Shown here: positions 36,316-45,586 of the stretch, piece by piece
Layout: every line of letters begins with the position of its first letter
Numbering within the stretch: the stretch's first letter is position 1
Origin: Ferruginibacter sp.
GTDB lineage: Bacteria; Bacteroidota; Bacteroidia; Chitinophagales; Chitinophagaceae
Length of the DNA: 64,000 nucleotides
Direction of reading: 5' to 3'
NCBI GenBank assembly: GCA_046596255.1
Contig: JBKJMZ010000013.1
Location: 263 to 64,262, forward strand
Made by a program: the position numbers and the translations under genes
Notes under the pieces: model-generated
Seen by the model: only the letters and a program-made list of their open reading frames with translations
Databases searched by the model: none
Told to the model about the DNA's origin: nothing

Positions 36316-38187
36316 TTATAATAGCTGGGCTGCACATAAGTACCGCCAGTCGTAGTTCTTATCATCATGTGCGGCAAGAGGCTCGATCCTTTTCTCCAGC
36401 ACTTTTTTAGCAAGGATACCGGTATTCACCAATTTTATCTTGGCCTCCCGAATATAATCCTGCACGCCATGATCTTCCATCCAGTTTTTTTGAGGGGGCT
36501 CATAGCCTACTTTTTCTTTGCGCCACACGATCTCATCAGGCAGTTTTTTATCCATGGCCTTGCGTAATAGATATTTTGGCCAGCCTTCGTGCATTTTTAA
36601 TTGTGCCGGTAATGAAAATACAAATTCCACCAGCTCATGATTTAAAAATGGCAACCGCACTTCCCTGCTATGGGCCATGCTGTTTCGGTCTGCATAGCGC
36701 AATAATTCTTCCAGTCCCATTTCGGTAGTATTAAAATGGAGGATATCGTTAAGCTTGGTCACTATCGGCTTATGAATGCCTACCCATTCCTGGTGCTTAA
36801 GCATGCTTAAGAAATCGGGATGAACAAAAGGATGGGAGATCGTTTTTTTATACTCTCTTTTTTCAAGTAGCATGGCGGCATGTGATGGCAGGAAGGCAGC
36901 AAAAATATTTTTTATATCCCAATGAAAGGGTTGGTTGTTCTTCCTGAACAGGGATCTCTCCATTTGAGTTGCACCTAATTTATGCCTGCTCAATACTTCC
37001 TGCAAATACCAGTGTATATACTTTGGATAGCCGGCCAATATCTCGTCGGCACCCTGCCCATCCAATAAAACCTTTACCTGTTTTTCTTTGGCAAGCTCAA
37101 AAACTTTGTACTGTGCAAAAATTCCCGATGAAGTGAATGGCTCTTCCTGGTGATAACAGAGTTTTTCAAAATCATTGACCAGGTCATTGGCTGTGGGTTT
37201 TGCCTGGTGATTGCGGATATCCAAATTTTTAGATACCAGGTCTATATAATTGGATTCGTCATTTTTAAAACCGGGAAACACGGCCGAAAAAGTTTGCAGG
37301 GTTTGTGCTCCATTTCCATTATTATTGTTTTGCAGCGATACTATGGTAGCGGCAATAGTAGAGCTATCGAGCCCGCCGCTTAAACTGGTGCCCAGGCTAA
37401 CATCGCTTCTTAATCTTCTTTTTACAGAGCTCTTAAAAAGCTCGGTAAATTTATCAATGGCATAAGAAGGGCTGATATCAATTTTAAGTTCCTTATTGAT
37501 GGTCCAGTACCTGGTGGTTTTGGAGAGTTGGTTGGCCCCGGGAATATAGGTAAGGTAATGCGCCGGCGGAAGTGCATAGATATCTTCATAAAAGGTTTGT
37601 TCCTTATCAATGCAGTTCTGCACATGGCCCAGGGTGATATAATTAAGCAACATTTTATTGTCGATCAGCTTTTCAATACCAATTGCAAAAAGTGCTTTCA
37701 TTTCGCTGGCAAAAATAAAATGTGTCTCATCTTCGTAATAATAAAAAGGTTTTTCGCCAAACCGGTCCCTGGCTACAAAGAGTTTTTGTTCTTTTTCATC
37801 CCAGATGGCAAAGGCAAACATGCCATCAAACTGCTGCAGGCATTTTTCCTTCCAGAAATCATAAGCTGCCAGGATCACTTCTGTGTCTGACTGGGTTGTA
37901 AAATTGTAGCCTTTGTTGGATAAAAAAGATCGGATCTCCAGGTAATTATAGATCTCGCCGTTGTGTACCAGTTGGTAGCGGCCGGCATATTGCATTGGCT
38001 GTGCAGCGGCATTGCTAAGGTCAATAATAGATAGCCGGCGATGGCCCAAATGAATGGTGTTGCTGCTGTTGCTCCATTGGCCTTCTCCATCCGGGCCACG
38101 ATGGGCAATAGCGTCGGTCATTTTTTTTAAATGTACCGGTGCCATTGGATTAGCGGCCTTTAAAAGTATTCCTGCAATTCCACACAT
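36316..38187 (-). CDS. asnB: Asparagine synthase (glutamine-hydrolysing)
   Basis: 623 aa. N-terminal MCGIAG Ntn-amidotransferase start and an SGGLDSS pyrophosphatase loop. Confidence 0.92.
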   Translation of the reverse strand: MCGIAGILLKAANPMAPVHLKKMTDAIAHRGPDGEGQWSNSSNTIHLGHRRLSIIDLSNAAAQPMQYAGRYQLVHNGEIYNYLEIRSFLSNKGYNFTTQSDTEVILAAYDFWKEKCLQQFDGMFAFAIWDEKEQKLFVARDRFGEKPFYYYEDETHFIFASEMKALFAIGIEKLIDNKMLLNYITLGHVQNCIDKEQTFYEDIYALPPAHYLTYIPGANQLSKTTRYWTINKELKIDISPSYAIDKFTELFKSSVKRRLRSDVSLGTSLSGGLDSSTIAATIVSLQNNNNGNGAQTLQTFSAVFPGFKNDESNYIDLVSKNLDIRNHQAKPTANDLVNDFEKLCYHQEEPFTSSGIFAQYKVFELAKEKQVKVLLDGQGADEILAGYPKYIHWYLQEVLSRHKLGATQMERSLFRKNNQPFHWDIKNIFAAFLPSHAAMLLEKREYKKTISHPFVHPDFLSMLKHQEWVGIHKPIVTKLNDILHFNTTEMGLEELLRYADRNSMAHSREVRLPFLNHELVEFVFSLPAQLKMHEGWPKYLLRKAMDKKLPDEIVWRKEKVGYEPPQKNWMEDHGVQDYIREAKIKLVNTGILAKKVLEKRIEPLAAHDDKNYDWRYLCAAQLL

Positions 38188-38227
38188 AGTGTAAATATCA
38201 ATAAAATAATTGTACGGGAAGAAAAGG

Positions 38228-38881
38228 TCAGTTGAAAATAACCGGCATCACTACTTTCACATCGCCCCAGGACATTACCAGTTCGCAGCCATAAGTTGAG
38301 TTTTGGAACAGCATTGTAAAATATTCGATCACAACATTATTTTTTAGTACAGGTAAGTCTACCTCGGCCAGGTCTTTTGTTTTATCAATATGCAGCCCCC
38401 AACTGTACAGGTTTTGGTTTAAAACGATCTTCCACTTATCGGGAAAAGGAATGCAGTACATGATATAGCGACCTGCTGCTATCTTTTTGCCGCCAATGGT
38501 TACATCTTTAAAGAATTCTATTTCGGTAGCTTCGTTTGCGCCCAAACGCCATTCCTGTCCATAATGCTGAATAACATTGAGGGTAACTGAAGTGTCTGCA
38601 AAAAGGATCCTGCCATTCTTTTGAGGCCGGCCATAAATGACCCTTGCAACGGGGTTTGGCATGTCAGGTGTGAGCATTTTTTGTTTGGGATAATCTTCGG
38701 GAAAATAACTCATATCCATGGTCGATCTGTCAATAGATAGTATCACGCTGTCTTTTACAGATAAAGGGTTGCGGAGCTTTGTTGTTTCCTCGCTTACCTT
38801 ATTTGCTTTTTGCTCACAGCTATAAAACACAGCTGTAATAAAAAAAACGGGTACAACTAAAAATACTTTTTTTATAAACAT
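38228..38881 (-). CDS. DUF2911-domain protein (paralog A)
   Basis: Pattern ARVIYGRPQKNGR.IF...V..YG..WRLGANEATEIEFFKDV.IGGK.I.AGRY..YCIP....W. Signal/lipoprotein-like N-terminus. Confidence 0.8.
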   Translation of the reverse strand: MFIKKVFLVVPVFFITAVFYSCEQKANKVSEETTKLRNPLSVKDSVILSIDRSTMDMSYFPEDYPKQKMLTPDMPNPVARVIYGRPQKNGRILFADTSVTLNVIQHYGQEWRLGANEATEIEFFKDVTIGGKKIAAGRYIMYCIPFPDKWKIVLNQNLYSWGLHIDKTKDLAEVDLPVLKNNVVIEYFTMLFQNSTYGCELVMSWGDVKVVMPVIFN

Positions 38882-38893
38882 GGTTATATTTTA

Positions 38894-39454
38894 TTAGAAC
38901 AGGATGGGTAGGTCAAGCTTGATATTATCCCAGGCAATAACCAGGTTAGCGCCGGTTTCGGTTTTGTCAAATGTTAATACAAACTCTTCTATAATTTCTG
39001 TTTGCTTTTGCACAGCTATATCCACACGGGCCAGGTCATTTTTTTCATCGTATTTAAATGAGCCCCAGGTATCGGTGTCTTTATTAATGATGATGGTCCA
39101 TTTATCTTCGTAAGGTATACAGTACATGCTGAACCTTCCTTTTTTAATTTTATTGTCGCTGATCTTTACATCCCTGAAAAATTCAATTTCAGTTGCTTCA
39201 TTGGCGCCCATGCGCCATACTTTTCCATACGCTATCAACTCTCCAAAAATTATCCTGCCGCTTTTTTGCGGACGGCTGTAAATCACCCTGGCCACGGGTG
39301 GTTCGGTTACTTTATCCTGAATTTTAAGAACGGGGTAGCGGTTAGGATAGTAACTCATATCCAGGGGCGACTTATCCAATGCAGGCAATTTGGATTGCGC
39401 CTGTACTGCTGAAAAGAAAAAACTTAGAAATACAATTGACAACAAAAACTTCAT
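38894..39454 (-). CDS. DUF2911-domain protein (paralog B)
   Basis: Same pattern as the neighbouring gene (ARVIYSRPQKSGRIIFGELIAYGKVWRMGANEATEIEFFRDVKI). Signal peptide (..AVQA|QSK). Confidence 0.8.
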   Translation of the reverse strand: MKFLLSIVFLSFFFSAVQAQSKLPALDKSPLDMSYYPNRYPVLKIQDKVTEPPVARVIYSRPQKSGRIIFGELIAYGKVWRMGANEATEIEFFRDVKISDNKIKKGRFSMYCIPYEDKWTIIINKDTDTWGSFKYDEKNDLARVDIAVQKQTEIIEEFVLTFDKTETGANLVIAWDNIKLDLPILF

Positions 39455-39481
39455 GTATTTTTTTATTTAAAGATAATGAAA

Positions 39482-40078
39482 TCAGGCTTGTAATAATTCA
39501 TCTAATTGATTGGCGGCATATTTTTTAAGATCAGGAAAAAAATTATTGTAGCAAACCTGCAAGGTTTCATAATGTGTATTAAAAATATCAAATGCTATTT
39601 CACTTTCAGTGAGATAAGCAGCCCGCCTGACCAACCCACCAAAGCTCTTTTCAATGGCCCACCGGTGACGGTAATTATACAGCCAGTCGTGCTCCCGCAT
39701 ATAAGGAAACATTTTTTGAAAAGGTAATGGGAACAGTTCCTTATGCTTTTCCAGTTCCACATAAGTGGTAGTTGAGAATTGTCTCAGATCTTCCTCATTC
39801 ACAAATTCATTTTTATCATTGGCCAGAAAATGGTCGTATACCACATCTGCAAAGGCCCCGGAGTAAAGCCGGTATTGTGGCCTGAAAAATGATTTTACTT
39901 CCTGAGTGGCAGCATGTGTATCGGTATAATTGTCGATAAGCCTGTGCAGCCTTATGCCTTTTTGAACGGGCAGGGGATATTCAAACTGTTTCTTTCCTTT
40001 GATATGATCGCTGATCATATTGCCCACCAGTATTTCGGGGAGGTTAAAGGAAAGGTATGCATGGGCCAGGTAATTCAT
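39482..40078 (-). CDS. acpH: Acyl carrier protein phosphodiesterase
   Basis: 198 aa. Starts MNYLAHAYLSF...LVGNMISDHIKG, characteristic of the AcpH family. Confidence 0.78.
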   Translation of the reverse strand: MNYLAHAYLSFNLPEILVGNMISDHIKGKKQFEYPLPVQKGIRLHRLIDNYTDTHAATQEVKSFFRPQYRLYSGAFADVVYDHFLANDKNEFVNEEDLRQFSTTTYVELEKHKELFPLPFQKMFPYMREHDWLYNYRHRWAIEKSFGGLVRRAAYLTESEIAFDIFNTHYETLQVCYNNFFPDLKKYAANQLDELLQA

Positions 40079-40127
40079 ATCTATGGCTAAAGATAGATAG
40101 TTTAAACTGCTTATGCCACCAAGTAGG

Positions 40128-40207
40128 TTTCACGCAGGGGACGCAGGGAAGCAGAGTACACAGGGGTATATCCGCGACCTCCGCCCCTCCGCGGCCTCTG
40201 CGTGAAA
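40128..40207. repeat. 80-bp GC-rich element bounded by a perfect 10-bp inverted repeat
   Basis: TTTCACGCAG (40128-40137) ... CTGCGTGAAA (40198-40207). The interior is rich in CGCAGGG/CCGCGG motifs in an otherwise AT-rich intergenic region. The motif style resembles the flanks of the GxxExxY gene. Confidence 0.6.
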
Positions 40208-40281
40208 TTGAATTATACGGCAAGCCTGTAAAAATATCTCCTTTAGTAAAAGCAGCCTTCAAATGAAGTAAATAGCCCCGG

Positions 40282-41754
40282 TTAATTGCCGGGGATATTA
40301 TTATTAAAACGCCCGTTTTGTATCCACTCAGAAATCAGCTTAAGCGTTTCCAGGTCAAATGTTTCTTCCAGTTCACCGTATTCTGTTACTGTACATTTTT
40401 TGCAATGCTGAAAGAGATGATTCAGCCCCCGCATTTCCACAGTTTTTACTTTATTGTTATTATTTTTATTGAACTCATTTTTTATTGCTGATAAGTTAGG
40501 TTTGGCTGCCACCTGTACATCTTTTTCACCATTGATCGCCAACACAGGGCAATTTATTTTTGAAAGATGATCCGCAGGGTTCATTTTCATAAAATACGAA
40601 AACCATTTACCGCTTAAGGCCTTTACGAAGGAATTGATAAATTCATCTTTATCTTTTTCAGTTACTATGCCCGTTGTATTTTTTACTGTTGATACCGGCG
40701 TTTTGGCCTGCCATTTATCAAAAATACGGCTCGCTTCCTGTGCGGCTTCTAATGAGTCTGCAGTATTGATTATGGCAGTGGCCAGCTTTGTATATAAAGG
40801 GCGATAGAGGTTAACATCTGTTTTAGCAATACCGGAAGATAACATCACATCTGCATTTTGCTGTTCCATCAGGTCTACTATTTTAATTCCAGGCCCTGCA
40901 AGTAAAATAATAAAAGCAACTTTTTTTGTTTGCGAAGCCACCATGGGCGCAATAAGGGCACCCTCACTATGGCCAAGCAGGCCAATACTATTAAGATCTA
41001 CATCATTTCTTGTTGTTAAATAGGTAATCCCCGCTTCCACATCTTTTGCAAAATCTGCTGTGGTTGAATTGTTGAAATTGCCCGTCGTCTTGCCAATACC
41101 CCTGTCATCAACCCTAAGAACTGCAATACCCTGGCGGGTTAAATAGTCGGCAATAACTGCAAAAGGCTTATGCCCCAAAATAGTTTCATCCCTGTCCTGT
41201 GGACCGCTCCCGGTTATTAAAATAACAACAGGATATATTGGTGCCCGGAAATAATTTACGTTTGGGTCGGGGAGGGGCACTGTGAATGTGCCTCCAAAAT
41301 GAACCGACCTGTCTGCATTAGCATATTCCACATCTTCCGACTTATAAGGAAATGGAGGCGTTGGAGTTTGCGGACGTTTAGGTGTAGCCCTGGTTGCTGC
41401 ATCACCTGTTTTTTTCATTATTAACGGGAAACTTTGGCCAGACTGGCTCCATTCGCCGGACAGCGAATTTTTTGTTGCATTAAGTTGCCCGCTATATTTT
41501 CCATTTATCATTTTCATAAGCAGGATCACTGAATCTGCTTTTACAATAACATCACTGCAGGGTAGGTTGAATGCATTTTGAAGAGGACTATCAAATGTAG
41601 CGCTGTATTTTCCTGCACTGTCCTTATTGATATGAAATACGATAGGGATCTCCGTTCCCTGTATCTGCAAGGCGCCCTCCCAGTTACCTGCAACCTGCTG
41701 GCAGAATGCAGGTGTATAAAAAAGTATGCTGAAAATTATTAAAAAAGATCTCAT
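40282..41754 (-). CDS. Exported alpha/beta-hydrolase
   Basis: 490 aa. Signal peptide (..TPAFC|QQV). Nucleophile elbow GHSEGA. A hairpin CCCCGG-TTAATTG-CCGGGG (40276-40294) overlaps the stop codon. Confidence 0.8.
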   Translation of the reverse strand: MRSFLIIFSILFYTPAFCQQVAGNWEGALQIQGTEIPIVFHINKDSAGKYSATFDSPLQNAFNLPCSDVIVKADSVILLMKMINGKYSGQLNATKNSLSGEWSQSGQSFPLIMKKTGDAATRATPKRPQTPTPPFPYKSEDVEYANADRSVHFGGTFTVPLPDPNVNYFRAPIYPVVILITGSGPQDRDETILGHKPFAVIADYLTRQGIAVLRVDDRGIGKTTGNFNNSTTADFAKDVEAGITYLTTRNDVDLNSIGLLGHSEGALIAPMVASQTKKVAFIILLAGPGIKIVDLMEQQNADVMLSSGIAKTDVNLYRPLYTKLATAIINTADSLEAAQEASRIFDKWQAKTPVSTVKNTTGIVTEKDKDEFINSFVKALSGKWFSYFMKMNPADHLSKINCPVLAINGEKDVQVAAKPNLSAIKNEFNKNNNNKVKTVEMRGLNHLFQHCKKCTVTEYGELEETFDLETLKLISEWIQNGRFNNNIPGN

Positions 41755-41775
41755 AAATAAAAAGTATTAATTGAA

Positions 41776-43122
41776 TTATCTCCCGGGCAGGGGCACAACT
41801 GGCAAACTTTCATTACCAGTTTCATTAACAGCCTGCACTGCAAAAAAATAATTGTCCTTTGAAAAAGGTAAACGCATTTCGGTTGTCGTGGTAAATATTT
41901 TTCTTTGCCAGAATGCACTGGTGGTTTCTCTTACCAATACATAATATCCTTTTACCTTACCGATCTTTGGAGCCTGCCAATTTAATAAGGTGGAGTTGGT
42001 CAATCTGCGCACTTCCATTTTTACAGAATCAGGCATAGCAGGCGCCTTTGAGAGGTTGGCCAAATTAGCCAGGTTCATGGCCGTGTTCTTACGCAGGTAT
42101 TCATAATCTATATGTATCTCCAGGTCGCCATAGCTGATGCCATTATCCACCCTCACATCCTGGTGCTGGCGGGTATAGTTCTCATTCATTTCTGTAATGC
42201 GTACGGCTGCAAAGCCACGCTGCACAAAGGGTGTATGATCGCCACCACGCAGAAAACGATCGTTGCGGTAAATTAAAACCACTTCCAGGTTGTCAACATA
42301 GCGCTCACCAATCTCTTTTACATAGCGTGCAAGCTGGCGGGCCTTGCCATCATTTTCCATGCCCAGGTTGCGAATATTGGCTGCAACTTTTTCTGTTTCA
42401 TAAGCAGGTATGCCTTCGCTAAACACCCGCACCTTTGAGTTGTTGATGATATTGGTTTCGTTGCTATTGTTGCTGCCCATGATATCGTTGTTCAACACAG
42501 CCACAATATTCTGGTTCTCTTTTTTTGCTTTTTCGCTCATAAAGGCCGAGCCCAGCAATCCCTGCTCTTCACCACTCACTGTAACAAAAATAATTGTTGC
42601 AGGGAAATTGTATTTGCTCATGATCCTTGCACATTCAAGAACGGCCGCACAGCCGCTGGCATCGTCATTGGCACCAGGTGCGTCGCCCAGCCGCTCGGTG
42701 GCACTGCTCCGCATATTATCCAGGTGACCGCTGATGATGAAGATGCGGTTGTCGTTGGGATCAGTTCCTTTTAAAGTAGCCACTACATTACCTAAAAGCG
42801 TTACAGTATCAATTCGTCTTTTATCAGGCTGTAAGGTAGTGGTATCGATGAAAGCAGTTAACCTGCCATTTGATTGTTTGGCAAATTCATTGAATTTATT
42901 GAGCACCCAGTTTCTTGCAGCACCAATACCCCGTTTGGGATTGCTTTGTGTACTAAGGGTATTTCGGGTGCCAAAGCTCACCATTGCTTTTATATATGAT
43001 TGTAAAGAATCGGGAGAGACTTGCTTCACCATATTTTCAATTTCAGCATCACGCTGAATAATGGTTTGGGAAGATGCAGTGTGAAAATAAAATAAAGCGG
43101 CCAGGAGTAATAGTTGTTTCAT
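41776..43122 (-). CDS. Exported M28-family metallopeptidase with C-terminal FN3-like domain
   Basis: The likely start is the ATG at 43122 (MKQLLLLAALFYFHTASS|QTI). M28 metal-ligand contexts (SGHLD, GANDDASG, SGEEQGLLGS). C-terminal beta-sandwich-like tail. Confidence 0.85.
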   Translation of the reverse strand: MKQLLLLAALFYFHTASSQTIIQRDAEIENMVKQVSPDSLQSYIKAMVSFGTRNTLSTQSNPKRGIGAARNWVLNKFNEFAKQSNGRLTAFIDTTTLQPDKRRIDTVTLLGNVVATLKGTDPNDNRIFIISGHLDNMRSSATERLGDAPGANDDASGCAAVLECARIMSKYNFPATIIFVTVSGEEQGLLGSAFMSEKAKKENQNIVAVLNNDIMGSNNSNETNIINNSKVRVFSEGIPAYETEKVAANIRNLGMENDGKARQLARYVKEIGERYVDNLEVVLIYRNDRFLRGGDHTPFVQRGFAAVRITEMNENYTRQHQDVRVDNGISYGDLEIHIDYEYLRKNTAMNLANLANLSKAPAMPDSVKMEVRRLTNSTLLNWQAPKIGKVKGYYVLVRETTSAFWQRKIFTTTTEMRLPFSKDNYFFAVQAVNETGNESLPVVPLPGR

Positions 43123-43233
43123 AATATGTAGGTTGACCTTAAAAATACGAAGAAACTTGGCAGGATTAAGCTCTATCAAAATAAAAGAGGCCTGTATTTT
43201 ACAGACCTCCAGAAGCAAAAAATATTTATTGTA

Positions 43234-43806
43234 TTAATCTACTTTACGTCCGCTCATAACCCGCTTATTAACCTGGTACTTATCCTTGGCCGTTTTCTGT
43301 ATCATCAGTTTTGGACGCTCGCCGCTAAAACGCATATAATATACCTCGCCATCATACACGATCTTTCCTACCTGCACCACATTTGGGTTGTAGGTATTAT
43401 AACTATTTGTCCACTGATCGGCAAAAAGGCTGTAAACGGCACTTGAACCCGCTTTTTCCGGTACACCAAACCTTAGGTTCTTATTATCACCGTTCTCAAA
43501 GGCGATCTCTAATGTATTATTGAGTGCCATGGTACATACACCCTGTGTGCCTGCTCTTAAAAGCACAATATTCACGTACTTGCCATTTTCGAAAACTACT
43601 TTACCTGATGTTACCTTAGCTTCTCTTGAAGCCAGTTCTCTTTTAAGCTCCACATCTTTGTCAATATAGAACTGGAGTTTTTCTACCGGTATGGCTTTTT
43701 CTTCCACCCTTCTGCGGGTATCAACAGAGAAATAAGATTTTTGTAAAGTGCTGCAGGAAGAAAGTGCAAGCATAAATATTACTGCCAGTATAGTGATAGA
43801 TTTCAT
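43234..43806 (-). CDS. Lipoprotein, unknown function
   Basis: 190 aa. Lipobox MLALSSC. Confidence 0.6.
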   Translation of the reverse strand: MKSITILAVIFMLALSSCSTLQKSYFSVDTRRRVEEKAIPVEKLQFYIDKDVELKRELASREAKVTSGKVVFENGKYVNIVLLRAGTQGVCTMALNNTLEIAFENGDNKNLRFGVPEKAGSSAVYSLFADQWTNSYNTYNPNVVQVGKIVYDGEVYYMRFSGERPKLMIQKTAKDKYQVNKRVMSGRKVD

Positions 43807-44078
43807 GTGGTTTTTTTATTAGGTTGTAAAACTAATGCACTTGAAGCTGGGCAAAAGTTAAGAGTATTTTAAAATGTGTTAAACTATATACATCATATAA
43901 TGCAGCAATATATTAATGCAGGCCAAGAAATGAAGACCGAGGGGGACGAAAAAGCATTTTCTTCCTTTGCATTACATGAGTATATAATTTTAAGGGTTAG
44001 AGAATAGTAGTGCAGGTTCTTTTAAACGCCGGGGGCTCATGCCACCGAACATGGGCCGGGTAATGAAGTATAAATACT

Positions 44079-44591
44079 TCAATCTGCTCTTACTAATACT
44101 CTCTGCTTTTTTTTAACGTTGCCAATAGTTAGAGTGTCGCCTTTTATAATGAAAGGTCGGGGTTGGTCGGTATCAGTATACCAAATTACAGAGCCTCCTT
44201 TCACATGATGAATTACAATAGATTTTTCCCAGTTGATTGAATATGTACCAAAATATCCAAATGAATAATTCTCTATAAAATTATAATAACTTATAGGAAA
44301 TGTTTTTGCGGAGTCCTCTGTAAGTTTTAATGTATTGTCAGCTGAAATATTCAAATTGACAATGTTGGTGGAGGTATAGGTAAAATAGCCTCTTGGATTT
44401 TTGCCATAAGGGTAAGTCCATTTACCAGTTAAAGTATCAAGATCTCTATATTCAATAAGTCTCCAGGTTCCAACTAACGCATTTGAATTTACTTGATTAC
44501 TATTTGGCTTGTTGTTGTCGGTCTTGTTTTGCCCATAAGAATAGATTCCTAAAACAAGCAGAACCATTAGTAAGAATTGAATTTTTTTCAC
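44079..44591 (-). CDS. Lipocalin-like domain protein
   Basis: 170 aa. Signal peptide. LVGTWRLIEY...G.W..P.G.NP.GY..Y is typical of the bacterial lipocalin-like domain. Confidence 0.6.
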   Translation of the reverse strand: MKKIQFLLMVLLVLGIYSYGQNKTDNNKPNSNQVNSNALVGTWRLIEYRDLDTLTGKWTYPYGKNPRGYFTYTSTNIVNLNISADNTLKLTEDSAKTFPISYYNFIENYSFGYFGTYSINWEKSIVIHHVKGGSVIWYTDTDQPRPFIIKGDTLTIGNVKKKQRVLVRAD

Positions 44592-44680
44592 AACGCTATT
44601 TTAATTTAGGAGATACGTATCACAAAGCGCTTTGTTTTTTATTTTCCGGTGCTTTGCCAGGGGTGAGTAATGGCTTGTCA

Positions 44681-45437
44681 TCAATATTCCGGTTTATTGG
44701 CCTCAAACTCCTTTAATCCGTACTGGAGTGATTTAACTGATATGTATTTATAGGTTCCGAATAATTTGTCCCAAAAAACAAAAATGTCGGCAAAATTTGA
44801 ATCTGTGTAATACTGTTTTTTGGTCGTGATGCACTTTATGGATGTTGGGTGTTATAAATACTTTTCCAAAAACTTTATCCGTCCAATCCGGTAATTGAAT
44901 GTTGGCATGTTGTGCTACCAGGAAAGGTAACTGTACAATGAAATAGACACCTAAAATCTGCAGTTCAATACCGAAAATAATACATGCTACAATACTTGAA
45001 ATGCCAAATACCAAAACTTCAAACGGATGCCCCCGGAAAAATGTAGATGTATCCATTCTGGTGTCACTGTGATGAACACGATGGAGCCTCCAAAGAAGTG
45101 GCGAAGTATGTGCCATACGATGGAACCAATACGAAGTAAAGTCCAGGCACATCACACCCAAAATAACCTTCAGCCACAAGGGTACTTCAATCCAATGAAA
45201 AAGACCGAACTGATGAATGGTAGACCAATTAATGAGGCTCACTTGAACTACTGCAAATGCCAGGTTGGCCAGGTAGAAGGCAAGCATGAAAACAAAATTG
45301 TTGAAAAAGTGATTTATACGTTTATCAAATTTTAAAGGAGTGCCAAGTAGAAACTCAAAGCTGTAGAATAAAGCGATTAAAAAAATGATAATGTAATTTC
45401 CATCCAGTGAATTAATAGATTTGATTATGCTTTCCAT
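44681..45437 (-). pseudogene. Sterol desaturase / fatty acid hydroxylase family gene with a 3' frameshift at a homopolymer
   Basis: His boxes HRMAH, HRVHH and HKVHHD are present. After HHDQK the frame is lost at the A6 run (T6 on the plus strand, 44816-44821). The adjacent frame encodes the canonical tail QYYTDSNFADIFVFWDKLFGTYKY.. and ends at the TGA at 44681-44683. The annotated ORF stops early at 44748. Confidence 0.75.
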
Positions 45438-45586
45438 GATGTTTTAGTTGAACTGGATTTGTTACACTTTTAATCTTTTTTTAAGAAAAATTATTATTTG
45501 TCTTTCACACATGTTTGTCCACGGAGCTGCAAACTTTTGCCAACGTTCGATACTTTTGTTGCAGGTAGTTTATTCTTGAACGTATA

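Noticed and set aside
43990-44079. A short minus-strand frame, KYLYFITRPMFGGMSPRRLKEPALLFSNP*, resembling the end of an AraC-family HTH (..YF.R.FK..FG.SP...R).
   Set aside because: It is only about 30 codons, overlaps the stop of the lipocalin-like gene, has no upstream HTH body, and the match is loose. That is too weak to call a pseudogene.
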